Shown here one piece after another: positions 1-9,478 of a stretch of DNA of 64,000 bases (position 1 is the stretch's first letter; the number at the start of each line of letters is the position of its first letter). The notes below the pieces were generated by a model, which did no database searches, was not told where the DNA came from, and saw only the letters and a program-made list of their open reading frames with translations. The position numbers were made by a program, and so were the translations under genes. The DNA lies in assembly GCA_031398745.1 (NCBI GenBank), contig JANNNX010000009.1:4038-68037 (forward strand), read 5' to 3'. The stretch is from Actinomycetes bacterium (GTDB taxonomy: Bacteria; Actinomycetota; Acidimicrobiia; Acidimicrobiales; CADCSY01).

Positions 1-1236
1 GCCCTCGTCGACCAGGGCACTCGGGCCCGCACCGCGGCCCGAGTGCTGGCCACCGCCACCACCGAGGCCAAGGACGCGGCACTGCTGGCGGCCGCCGATG
101 TGTTGGTGGCCCGCAGCGCCGAGATCCTCTCGGCCAATGCCCAGGACGTCGCTCGAGCCGGGCGAGAGGCACTGAGCGCCAGCGTGGTCGACCGCCTCCG
201 CCTCGACGAGGGCCGGGTCGCGGCCATGGCCCAGGGGCTGCGCGACGTCGCCTCGCTGGCCGACCCGGTGGGCGAGGTGGTTACCGGCTGGACGCGGCCC
301 AACGGCCTGCACATCGACAAGGTGCGGGTTCCCCTCGGGGTGGTGGCCATCATCTACGAGAACCGACCCAACGTGACCAGCGATGCCTTCGCCCTCTGCT
401 TGAAGTCGGGTAACGCCGCGTTCCTGCGGGGCTCGTCGGGCGCCATCGAGTCGAACCGGGCCATCGCTCGGGCGCTGCGGGAGGGGGTCGACAAGAGCGG
501 TCTACCGGCCGACTGCGTCCAGCTGGTGGAGGACACGTCTCGGGAGTCGGCGGTCGAGTTCATGCAGCTGCGCGACTCGATCGACTTGCTCGTGCCCCGG
601 GGCGGCCCGTCCCTGATCGCGGCGGTGCTCGAGCACGCCCGCGTCCCCTATGTGATCGACGGCGACGGCAACTGCCACGTCTACGTCGACGCGGCCGCCG
701 ATCTCGATATGGCCGAGGCCATCGTGGTCAATGCCAAGACCCAGCGACCGTCGGTCTGCAACGCGGCCGAGTCGCTGGTCGTCCATGCCGCGGTGGCGGC
801 CGAGATCCTGCCCCGGGTGGCGGCGGCCATGCCCGAGGTCGAGCTGGTGGGCGACGAGCGGGCCCGGGCCATCGTGCCCACCATGGGCCCGGCCACCGAC
901 GACGACTTCGCCACCGAGTTCCTCGACCTGAAGATGAGCGTGGCTGTGGTCGACTCGCTCGACGATGCCATCGCCCACGTCCAGCGTTACAGCTCGGGCC
1001 ACTCCGAGGCCATCGTCACCGGCGACCTGCGAGCGGCCACCCGGTTCACGGCCGAGGTCGACGCGGCCGCGGTGCTGGTCAACGCCTCGACCCGTTGGGT
1101 CGATGGCGGTCGCTTCGGGTTCGGAGCCGAGATCGGCATCTCCACCCAGAAGCTCCACGCCCGAGGACCGATGGGCCTGGCCGAGCTGACCACCACCAAG
1201 TACGTCGTGCGAGGCGACGGGCACCTGGTGACATAG
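1..1236 (+). CDS. proA: Gamma-glutamyl phosphate reductase (5' end lies before the window)
   Basis: Motifs [49 protein letters not shown]; frame is open back to base 1. Confidence 0.97.
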   Translation, partial: ALVDQGTRARTAARVLATATTEAKDAALLAAADVLVARSAEILSANAQDVARAGREALSASVVDRLRLDEGRVAAMAQGLRDVASLADPVGEVVTGWTRPNGLHIDKVRVPLGVVAIIYENRPNVTSDAFALCLKSGNAAFLRGSSGAIESNRAIARALREGVDKSGLPADCVQLVEDTSRESAVEFMQLRDSIDLLVPRGGPSLIAAVLEHARVPYVIDGDGNCHVYVDAAADLDMAEAIVVNAKTQRPSVCNAAESLVVHAAVAAEILPRVAAAMPEVELVGDERARAIVPTMGPATDDDFATEFLDLKMSVAVVDSLDDAIAHVQRYSSGHSEAIVTGDLRAATRFTAEVDAAAVLVNASTRWVDGGRFGFGAEIGISTQKLHARGPMGLAELTTTKYVVRGDGHLVT

Positions 1237-1251
1237 CAGATACGCTATAGT
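1233..1251 (+). promoter_or_regulatory. -10 box TATAGT overlapped by palindrome ATAGC-N6-GCTAT (probable autoregulatory operator)
   Basis: ATAGC at 1233-1237, GCTAT at 1244-1248; TATAGT at 1246-1251 lies 7 nt before ATG 1259. Confidence 0.6.
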
Positions 1252-1258
1252 TGAGCCC

Positions 1259-1603
1259 ATGACCGGTGGGGCCCTGGTGCGAGAGGCCAGGCTGCGGGCC
1301 GGGCTGACCCAGGCGGCGCTGGCGGCTCGCGTCGGGACCACCCAGTCGGCGGTGGCCCGGGTCGAGGGCGGCGGAACGTCTCCCGCCTACGAGCAGATCG
1401 AGCGCCTGGTCGCCGCCTGTGGCCTCGAGCTCTACCCCCGGTTGGTGGCCGCCAGCGACGACGGAGCCTGGGCGTCGGTTCGGGCCAACCTGGCCCTCAC
1501 CGTCACGGAGCGAGTGGCGCAGCTGGTCGACGCCGTCGACTTCGTCCAGTCCGGTCGCCGGGCGCTGGCCGACCGCCGCCCGCCACCGGCCGCCGGTGGC
1601 TGA
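1259..1603 (+). CDS. XRE-family HTH protein (putative antitoxin)
   Basis: LVREARLRAGLTQAALAARVGTTQSAVARVE HTH; overlaps the start of the next gene. Confidence 0.85.
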   Translation: MTGGALVREARLRAGLTQAALAARVGTTQSAVARVEGGGTSPAYEQIERLVAACGLELYPRLVAASDDGAWASVRANLALTVTERVAQLVDAVDFVQSGRRALADRRPPPAAGG

Positions 1604-2087
1604 GCGCCGGTTCCGGCCGGTGGAGATCCTCCGGGTGCTCGACCGCCACCAGGTCCGCTACGTCCTCATCGGCGGGATGGCGGCCACCATCTACGGCTCC
1701 AACCTGGTCACCACCGACATCGACATCACCCCGGCCAACGACCTCGACAACCTCGGGCGTCTGTCCACCGCGCTCGACGAGCTCGGCGCCCGGATCCGGA
1801 CCGACGCCGAGGCCGACGGGCTTCGGTTCGACCACGACGCCACCTCCCTGGCGGCCAATGCCACCTGGAACCTGGTCACCGACGTGGGCGACCTCGATCT
1901 GGCCCTGGCCCCCTCGGGGACCCAGGGCTACGCCGATCTGCGACGGGACGCGGTGACCATCGAGATCGATGGGGTGCCGGTCTCGGTGGCGGCGCTGGCC
2001 GACGTCATCCGCTCGAAGGAAGCCGCCGGCCGCCCGAAGGACCAGCTGGCACTGCCGATCCTGCGGCGCCTCCTCGACCAGAGCTGA
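1596..2087 (+). CDS. Nucleotidyltransferase-fold protein (AbiEii/DUF6036-like, putative toxin)
   Basis: LIGGMAA..G...TTDIDI NTase signature and C-terminal KEAAGRPKD; GTG at 1596 coupled to the upstream stop. Confidence 0.75.
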   Translation: MAERRFRPVEILRVLDRHQVRYVLIGGMAATIYGSNLVTTDIDITPANDLDNLGRLSTALDELGARIRTDAEADGLRFDHDATSLAANATWNLVTDVGDLDLALAPSGTQGYADLRRDAVTIEIDGVPVSVAALADVIRSKEAAGRPKDQLALPILRRLLDQS

Positions 2088-2113
2088 CCGGCGTGGCCGG
2101 TAGCGTCGGCTCG

Positions 2114-3010
2114 ATGCCTCCCCGCTTCGAATCGATCCCGGCGGCCGGCGATGCCCTGGCCAGCGTCGGCTACATCGCCGATCCCGGCATCGCCAGCGTG
2201 GTCTACCTGGCCGACCGCCTGGGCAAGCCGGTGCTGGTCGAGGGCCCCGCGGGCACCGGCAAGACCCAGCTGGCCAAGTCGGTGGCCGAGGCCGTCGGCG
2301 CCCGGCTCATCCGTCTCCAGTGCTACGAGGGGCTGGACGAGGCCAAGGCCCTCTACGAGTGGAACTACAAGAAGCAGCTGCTGCGCATCCAGGCCGAGCG
2401 CCAGACCGCCCCGGGCGACGGCACCGGCGGTACCGCCTGGTCCGACATCGAGGACGACCTGTTCTCCGAGGAGTTCCTGCTCCCTCGACCGCTGTTGGAG
2501 GCCATTCGAGCGGTCGATCCGGTGGTGCTGCTGATCGACGAGGTCGACCGGGTCGAGGTCGAGACAGAGGCTCTGCTGCTCGAGATCCTGTCCGACTACC
2601 AGGTGTCGATCCCCGAGCTGGGAACGGTCGTGGCCACCCAGGTGCCGCTCGTCTTCCTCACCTCGAACAACACCCGTGACCTGTCCGAGGCGCTCAAGCG
2701 GCGGTGCCTGTTCCTCCACGTCGACTACCCCGATCTCGAGCGGGAGAAGGCGATCGTGGCAGCCAAGGTCGAGGGCATCACCGACGAGCTCATCGACCAG
2801 GTGGCCCGCATCGTCCGCACCATCCGCCAGCTCGACCTGCGCAAGCCGCCGTCGGTGTCCGAGACCATCGACTGGGCTCGCACCCTGGTCCTGCTGGGCA
2901 TCGGCTCGGTCGACGCCCAGACCACGACCGAGACGCTCAACCTCCTGCTCAAGTACCAGTCCGACATCGACAAGGCCACCCGGGAGCTGGCCTCGTCGAG
3001 GTCGAGCTGA
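2114..3010 (+). CDS. MoxR-family AAA+ ATPase (CoxD-like)
   Basis: Walker A GPAGTGKT, RLQCYEGLD, Walker B LLIDEVD, LSEALKRRC. Confidence 0.92.
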   Translation: MPPRFESIPAAGDALASVGYIADPGIASVVYLADRLGKPVLVEGPAGTGKTQLAKSVAEAVGARLIRLQCYEGLDEAKALYEWNYKKQLLRIQAERQTAPGDGTGGTAWSDIEDDLFSEEFLLPRPLLEAIRAVDPVVLLIDEVDRVEVETEALLLEILSDYQVSIPELGTVVATQVPLVFLTSNNTRDLSEALKRRCLFLHVDYPDLEREKAIVAAKVEGITDELIDQVARIVRTIRQLDLRKPPSVSETIDWARTLVLLGIGSVDAQTTTETLNLLLKYQSDIDKATRELASSRSS

Positions 3011-3038
3011 CCGGCCGCCGGGCCCCTCGGCGCGTCCC

Positions 3039-4479
3039 GTGCTCGACGTCCTCACCGACTTCGTGGTGGCCTTGCGGCGCTCGGGGCTGCCGGTCTCGCT
3101 GACCGAGCACCTCGACGCGGCCCAGGCCGTGAGCCAGGTGCCGCTCGAAGACCGGGCCGCCCTGAAGGCGACGCTGTCGGCCACGCTGGTCAAGCAGGCC
3201 AGTCACCTCCCGGCCTTCGACACCACCTTCGAGGTCTACTTCGCACTGCGCGGGGGTCGTCACGAGCCGGGCGGTGCCGAGGCATTCGGTGACCCGCTCG
3301 ACCTCGAGCTCGACCTCGACCTGCGCCCGCCGGGAGACGAGGGGCCTGACGGCGGTCGCTTGGCGGGTGAGGGCATCGACGACGCCGACGCCTTCACCCG
3401 GGCGCTGCTGGCCGCTCTGCTGGCCGGCGACGACGAGCTGCTGGCCCGCCTGGCCGACATGGCCGTCGGCCGCTTCGCCGGGATCGAGCCCGGTCGACCG
3501 GTCGGGGGCAGCTACTACCTGTTCCGGGTGCTGCGCCACCTCGAGCTCGACGGGGTGGTGGAGCGGCTGATGGCCGCGGCGCGGGGCCAGGCCGAGCAGT
3601 GGAGCGAGCTCGACGAGCGACTGGCCCGCGACGAGGCCCAACTGCGGGTCCAACGCCTCCGCCGCGAGATCGAGGCCGAGATCCGCCGCCGGCTGGTGGC
3701 CGACCGCGGCGCCGACGCCATGGCCCGGACCCTGCGCCAGCCGCTGCCCGAGGACGTCGACTTCATGCACGCCGGGCCGGCCGAGATGGCCGAGCTCCGA
3801 AAGGCGCTCGGACCGCTGACCCGCAAGCTGGCAGCCCGGATGGCCGAGCGCCGGCGCCACCGGCGCCGAGGCCAGCTCGACTTCCGCTCGACCATCCGCC
3901 ACTCGCTCTCCACCGGCGGGGTGCCGGCCGATCCCCGGTTCCGCCACACTCGGCCGGCCAAGCCGGAGATCTTCGTGGTGGCCGACGTGTCCGGCTCGGT
4001 GGCAGCCTTCGCCCGGTTCACCCTCCAGCTGGTGCACGCCATCTCCGGCCAGTTCTCCAAGGTGCGCTCGTTCGTCTTCATCGATGGCATCGACGAGGTC
4101 ACCTGGTGCTTCGAGCAGGCCGACGACCTCGACGAGGCGGTGGGCCTGGTCAACGGGGCCGACGTGGTCTGGGCCGACGGCCACTCCGACTACGGCCACG
4201 CCCTGGAGGGCTTCGCCGACCGGTGGGCCACCGATGTCGGGGCCCGCACCACAGTGCTGGTGCTGGGCGACGCCCGCAACAACTACCACGCCTCGGGGGC
4301 GGGGGGTGCTGGCCGACGTGCACCGGCGGGCCAAGGGCGTCCACTGGCTCAACCCGGAGCCCCGCAGCTACTGGGACACCGGCGATTCGATCATCGGCGA
4401 GTACGCCCCCCACACCGACGGCGTCCATGAGTGCCGCAACCTCCGCCAGCTCGAGCGCTTCGTCCGCTCGCTGGACTGA
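3039..4479 (+). pseudogene. CoxE-like VWA domain protein, split by an apparent +1 frameshift at the G-tract ~4295-4306
   Basis: MIDAS-like DVSGSV and GDARNNY in one frame; conserved C-terminus HWLNPEP..YWDTGDS..ECRNLRQL in another frame ending at 4479. Confidence 0.8.
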
Positions 4480-4507
4480 CGAGGCCCGAGGTCGAGCCGT
4501 CCGCGGC

Positions 4508-5383
4508 TCAGATGCCGTGGCGGGCGGCCTCGTCGAACACCCGGAACAGGTTGGGCCGCTGCGCGTCGCCCCGCAGCAAGCTGCCGGCCCGGTGGACTCG
4601 GGCCATCAGTTGGCGGGCGGTGCGACCGGGCCACGGGCGGGGGAGGAGCTCGGGGGGCAGGAACGGATCGTGCAGGCTGACCTCCGCGAAGCGCATGCCG
4701 ACGGTCATCATCTGGGCCAGCAGCTCGGCCTCGTCCGGTCGCTCGTGCCGGCTGAGCATCTTCTCGAGGTCCTCGGGGAGGGCGGCGAAGGCGTCGACGA
4801 ATCCGTTGTAGCCGCTGGCCAGATCGGCCACCGGCCACAGCGAGGCGGCCAGGCGCCGGGGGTCGCGCTCGGAGCCGACGACCAGCTCGTCGCTCTCGGC
4901 CGCCACCAGGTACTCGCCCACCCCCAGACGGGTGGCCTCCTCGTCGACCAGTGGCAGGAACGGGTGGGTCGACACGTACAGACCGCTGTGGATGGCGGCC
5001 GCCCCCATGCGCAGCAGCCACACCCGCAGGTCGTCGCGCACCGCCCGCTTCGACTCCGGGATGGTGAAGGCCACCAGCCGCCACCGCCGATCCCAGCCTC
5101 GGCCGGCGTCGTCCTGGTTGCGGGCCACCTGACTGCGTCGGAGCTGACGCTCGAGCTCGCTGCGGGCGCCACTGGTCGAGCGGTACGTGGCCGAGCGGCC
5201 GCTCCCGTCGCGGGTCAGCATCCCCTCGGCCACCAACCGGCGCAGGCACGACCGGACCTGCTCGGCGGTCAGGCCGTAGGCCTCGGCCACGTCGAAGAGC
5301 TCGCCCGCGGGCAACGTGCCGTCCTCCCGCACCATCCCGACGACCAGGGCACGGGTCGGGATCGGGCTGGTCGAATTGGGCAC
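4508..5383 (-). CDS. PaaX-family transcriptional regulator
   Basis: N-terminal wHTH (VRSCLRRLVAEG), WDRRWRLVAFTIPES, DPFLPPELLPRPWPG; start uncertain. Confidence 0.88.
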   Translation of the reverse strand: MPNSTSPIPTRALVVGMVREDGTLPAGELFDVAEAYGLTAEQVRSCLRRLVAEGMLTRDGSGRSATYRSTSGARSELERQLRRSQVARNQDDAGRGWDRRWRLVAFTIPESKRAVRDDLRVWLLRMGAAAIHSGLYVSTHPFLPLVDEEATRLGVGEYLVAAESDELVVGSERDPRRLAASLWPVADLASGYNGFVDAFAALPEDLEKMLSRHERPDEAELLAQMMTVGMRFAEVSLHDPFLPPELLPRPWPGRTARQLMARVHRAGSLLRGDAQRPNLFRVFDEAARHGI

Positions 5384-5453
5384 GGTCGTAGTGTGGCCGA
5401 CCGGTTGGGGACCGGCAACCTCCGCCACCGCCGGCGCCTGCTCAACTAAGCCG

Positions 5454-6788
5454 ATGACCGAGCGGCTGGTGGTGATCGGGGGCGACGCCGGAGGGATGGG
5501 GGCGGCCGGTCAGGTCCGCCGTCGACGACCGGACATGGAGATCGTGGCGCTGGAGAAGGGCCGATGGACGAGCTACTCGGCCTGCGGCATCCCGTACCAC
5601 GTGGCCGGTGACGTGGCCTCGCTCGAAGACCTGGTGGCCCGCACCCCCCAGGAGTTCCGCCAGCAGCGCATCGACATGCGGGTCGGCCATGAAGTCACAG
5701 ATGTCGATCTCGACACGCGACAGGTTGCGGTCCGCGACCACGAACACCAGCGGACCTACCGGCTGGCCTTCGACCAGGTCCTGTTCGGCACCGGGGCCCG
5801 GCCTCGCCGACCCGACCTGCCCGGCATCGACGCCGATCACATCCACGGGGTCCAGACCCTCGACGACGCCAGCCGGTTGATGGCCGCCATCGAGCGCCGC
5901 CCCCCGCACCACGTGGTGGTCGTTGGCGGCGGCTACATCGGCCTGGAGATGGCCGAGGCGTTCACCAAGCGCGACGCGCAGGTCACGGTGGTCGAGGCCG
6001 GCCGCCAGGTGATGGGCACGCTCGACCCCGAGATGGGGGCGATGGTGGCGGCCGCCATGGTCCGCCACGGCATCGACGTGCGCACCGGCACCCGGGTCAC
6101 CGGTTTTGAGGCCGACGTGGTCCACACCGACGCCGGCCCTCTGCCGGCCGACCTGGTGGTGCTGGGCCTCGGGGTCACGCCCAACGCCGAGCTGGCCGAG
6201 GCCGCCGGGCTCGAGCTCGGGGCCGGCGGTGCCATCCGGGTCGACCGTCGCCAGGCGGCCAGCGCCGAGGGCACCTGGGCTGCGGGCGACTGCGCGGAGT
6301 CGTTCCACCGGGTCCTGCGCCGACCCGTGCACATTGCCTTGGGCACGGTGGCCAACAAGCAGTCCCGGGTGGCCGGTATCAACATCGCCGGCGGCTACGC
6401 CGCCTTTCCCGGGGTCCTCGGCACTGCGGTGTCCCGCCTGTGCGACACCGAGGTGGCCCGCACCGGCCTGACCGAGGCCGAGGCGGTGGCGGCCGGCATC
6501 GGCCACGTCGCTGCCACCATCGAGAGCACGACCCGGGCCGGGTACTTCCCGGGCACCAAGCCCCTCACCGTCAAGGTGGTGTGCGAGCGGGGCACCGGGC
6601 GCCTGCTGGGGGCGCAGATCGTGGGTCAGGAGGGGGCGGCCAAGCGCATCGACGTGCTGGCCACCGCCATCTGGACCGAACTCAGCGCCGGGGAGCTGAT
6701 CGACGTCGACCTGTCCTACGCGCCGCCGTTCTCTCCGGTCTGGGATCCGGTGGCGGTCGCCGCCCGAGAGGTCGCCAAGCTGGTCTGA
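5454..6788 (+). CDS. FAD-dependent CoA-disulfide reductase / NADH oxidase-like protein
   Basis: GGDAGG FAD site, SYSACGIPY redox Cys, GGGYIG NAD site, DLSYAPPFSPVWDP. Confidence 0.9.
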   Translation: MTERLVVIGGDAGGMGAAGQVRRRRPDMEIVALEKGRWTSYSACGIPYHVAGDVASLEDLVARTPQEFRQQRIDMRVGHEVTDVDLDTRQVAVRDHEHQRTYRLAFDQVLFGTGARPRRPDLPGIDADHIHGVQTLDDASRLMAAIERRPPHHVVVVGGGYIGLEMAEAFTKRDAQVTVVEAGRQVMGTLDPEMGAMVAAAMVRHGIDVRTGTRVTGFEADVVHTDAGPLPADLVVLGLGVTPNAELAEAAGLELGAGGAIRVDRRQAASAEGTWAAGDCAESFHRVLRRPVHIALGTVANKQSRVAGINIAGGYAAFPGVLGTAVSRLCDTEVARTGLTEAEAVAAGIGHVAATIESTTRAGYFPGTKPLTVKVVCERGTGRLLGAQIVGQEGAAKRIDVLATAIWTELSAGELIDVDLSYAPPFSPVWDPVAVAAREVAKLV

Positions 6789-6808
6789 CCCGCTCCGGGC
6801 CAACCCCC

Positions 6809-6930
6809 CTCGGTTGGGATGCATAGCTCCCGGAATCCGACAGTCATGCATCCCGACCGGGGCCGGCCGGGGCCGACCGGGGCCGGCCGGGCCGGACGAC
6901 GCCAACCGGGCGGTTCATCCCGACCGGGGC
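6809..6930. repeat. REP-like long inverted repeat plus GC-rich short tandem repeats between convergent genes
   Basis: CGGTTGGGATGCAT (6811-6824) pairs with ATGCATCCCGACCG (6846-6859); followed by CCGGGGCCGR repeats and a second CATCCCGACCGGGG at ~6916-6929. Confidence 0.6.
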
Positions 6931-6939
6931 GGGTGACCG

Positions 6940-7638
6940 CTACTCGTGCAGGCCGCACTCGGTCTTGTCGAAGCCGGTCCAGCGACCGGCGCGGGCGTCT
7001 TCGCCCTCGGTGACCTTGCGGGTGCAGGGCCAGCAGCCGATCGACGGGTAGCCCTGGCTCAGCAGGGGGTTGGCGATGAGGTCGTGGTCGGCCACGTACC
7101 CCGCCACGTCGGCGTCGCCCCAGGTGGCGATCGGGTTGACCTTGAGCAGTCCCCGCCGGTCGTAGGACACGATCGGCGCCGAGGTCCGGGCGGCCGACTC
7201 GGTCCGTCGCAGTCCCGACATCCAGGCCGCCTTGGTCGACAGCGCCCGGTTGAGGGGCTCGACCTTACGCACACCGCAACATCCGTCGGGATCGTCCATC
7301 CACCGGTCGTCGAGGTCGACCTCGGGGGTGATGATCCGCAGGTTGAGGTCGTAGCGGGCTCGCACCGCCTCGGCCGTCTCGAGCGTCTCGGGGAAGTGAT
7401 AGCCGGTGTCGAGGAACACGACCTCGATGCCCGGGTCGACCTTGACCGCCAGGTCGATGAGGACGGTGTCCTGCATCGAGGCGGTGAGGCACAGGCGCCC
7501 GCCGAAGGTGTCCGACGCCCAGCCGATGATCTTCGACGCCGGGCTCGTCTCGAAGCGGGCGTTGAGCGATGCCAGCTCGTCGTCGTCGAAGCGGGGGACG
7601 GCCGTGCCGATCGCCACCGGGATGTCGGAGATGGTCAT
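6940..7638 (-). CDS. cysH: Phosphoadenylyl-sulfate / APS reductase
   Basis: FLDTGYHFPET, CC..RKVEPL, GYPSIGCWPCT, RAGRW...KTECGLH. Confidence 0.93.
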   Translation of the reverse strand: MTISDIPVAIGTAVPRFDDDELASLNARFETSPASKIIGWASDTFGGRLCLTASMQDTVLIDLAVKVDPGIEVVFLDTGYHFPETLETAEAVRARYDLNLRIITPEVDLDDRWMDDPDGCCGVRKVEPLNRALSTKAAWMSGLRRTESAARTSAPIVSYDRRGLLKVNPIATWGDADVAGYVADHDLIANPLLSQGYPSIGCWPCTRKVTEGEDARAGRWTGFDKTECGLHE

Positions 7639-7648
7639 CGCCGGCCGC

Positions 7649-9421
7649 TCACGTGGCGCACTCGCTATCGCCGATCTCGGCCACGTAGGGCCCGGTCTCG
7701 TCGTAGTCGACGTAGAACTCGGGCGCCTCCTCGGGCGTGGGGAAGACGTCGAGGTACGCCAGCTCGGCGCCGACGGCCTTGGCCCCACCGACCCGGTCGA
7801 GCCAGTGGCCGAAGACCTCGCCGGCCTCGCGCTCGGCGGCGAAGCGGCCCACGACCGCCACGGTGGCGGTGGCCGCCTGCTTGGCCGGGAGGCGGAGCGC
7901 CTTCTCCCCGAACTCGATCTCGGCCTGGCCGACCCGACCGCCGAGCAGCATCTGGTAGCCGGGGGCCGACCGCCCGTGGGCTCGCCGCTCGGCCCCGAAG
8001 AACCCGATGTCGGCGATGTGGTGCTGACCGCAGCTGTTCATGCAGCCCGAGATGTTCACCCGGATGCCACCCACGTCGGCCAGCCCGGCCTCGTCGAGGG
8101 CGGTGCCGATCTCGTCGGCCAGGCCCCGGCTCTGAGTGACGGCCAGGTTGCAGGTGTCGGCCCCGGGGCAGGCGACCACGTCACGAGCCAGCTCGGCGCC
8201 GGCCTCGGCCATGCCGATGGCCTCGAGGCGCTCGTAGAGGACCGGAAGCTGCGCCTCGGTGAGATCCCGGAACACCAGGTTCTGGCGGTTGGTCACCCGC
8301 ACCTCGGCGCCGAGCTCGCGCTGGGTGGCGGCCAGGGCCCGGAACTGGTCCGAGGTGATGTCGCCCAGGCGGGCGTAGGCGTAGGCCGAGACCGTGCCCT
8401 TGGCCACGCCTCGCACGACGTTGGCGTCGGCCCAGCGGTCGCGGGGCTGGCGGGGGGTGAGCGTCACCGGCACCGAGCCCTGCCCCACCGGGGTCGGGCT
8501 CAGGGTGGTCGAGACGCCGGCCGGGGCGTCGCCCTGGGCCGCGACGACATCAGGGATGCCACCCCGCCAGGTGGTCGAAGCCAGCAGGAACTTGCGCTCC
8601 TTGAGGATCCGGGCGCGCAGCTCCTCGATGCCCATCGTGTCGACCAGCCACTTCATCCGGGCCCGGAGCTTGTTGTCGCGATTCCCGTAGTGGTCGAAGA
8701 CCCGCAGGAGAGCCTCGATGGTGGGGAGCAGGTCTTCGCGGGCGGTGAAGTCCTCGAGGGCCTGGGCCGGGTGCGGGTTGGCGCCCAGCCCGCCGGCCAG
8801 GAAGACCCGGAAGCCGGCCTCGGTGGTGCCGTCGGGGCGGGGCTGGCGGATGCCGATGACGCCCACGTCGTTGAACATGGCCTGACCGCAGTCGGTGGCG
8901 CACCCCGAGAAGTTGATCTTGAACTTCCGGGGGAGGCGCTGGGCGTAGGCGTGACGCAGGAAGTGCTGGTGGGCAGCCTCGGCCCACGGCGAGATGTCGA
9001 GCACCTCGTAGGGGCAGGCGCCGGCCAGGTGGCAACCCTGGACGTTGCGGACGGTGTCGCCGCAGGCCTCGCGGGTGGTGAGGCCGACCGATGCCAGTTC
9101 CCGCATCAGTTCGGGGATGCGCTTCAGCTCGACGAAGTGGAACTGGATGTTCTGGCGGGTGGTGATGTGACCCCACCCCCGGGAGTACTCGTCGGCCACC
9201 CGGGCGCAGCAGTCGAGCTGCTCGGCGGTGATGGCGCCGTAGGGGACCTTCACCCGCACCATCTGGTTGGTGCCGCCCTGGCGCTGCCCGTAGATGCCGT
9301 TGTTCAGGCGGAAGACCCGGAACACGTCCTCGTCGAGGTCGCCATCGAGGTACCGGCCGAGCTGGACCTCGAACTTGGCGATGTCGGCTTCGGCGGCAGG
9401 GTCGAGCTGGAGCTGACGCAT
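7649..9421 (-). CDS. Ferredoxin-dependent sulfite/nitrite reductase (siroheme, 4Fe-4S)
   Basis: HITTRQNIQ, LPRKFKI.FSGC, ACPG..TC, NISGCMNSCGQH; co-oriented with cysH. Confidence 0.92.
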   Translation of the reverse strand: MRQLQLDPAAEADIAKFEVQLGRYLDGDLDEDVFRVFRLNNGIYGQRQGGTNQMVRVKVPYGAITAEQLDCCARVADEYSRGWGHITTRQNIQFHFVELKRIPELMRELASVGLTTREACGDTVRNVQGCHLAGACPYEVLDISPWAEAAHQHFLRHAYAQRLPRKFKINFSGCATDCGQAMFNDVGVIGIRQPRPDGTTEAGFRVFLAGGLGANPHPAQALEDFTAREDLLPTIEALLRVFDHYGNRDNKLRARMKWLVDTMGIEELRARILKERKFLLASTTWRGGIPDVVAAQGDAPAGVSTTLSPTPVGQGSVPVTLTPRQPRDRWADANVVRGVAKGTVSAYAYARLGDITSDQFRALAATQRELGAEVRVTNRQNLVFRDLTEAQLPVLYERLEAIGMAEAGAELARDVVACPGADTCNLAVTQSRGLADEIGTALDEAGLADVGGIRVNISGCMNSCGQHHIADIGFFGAERRAHGRSAPGYQMLLGGRVGQAEIEFGEKALRLPAKQAATATVAVVGRFAAEREAGEVFGHWLDRVGGAKAVGAELAYLDVFPTPEEAPEFYVDYDETGPYVAEIGDSECAT

Positions 9422-9478
9422 CGAGAGGAGGGTACCCGAAACCCGACCAATCTGATCCAGATTCCGGCGAATTGGCGC

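Noticed and set aside
4508-5383. PaaX as evidence for phenylacetate catabolism here
   Set aside because: No paa catabolic genes in the window; only the regulator family can be assigned
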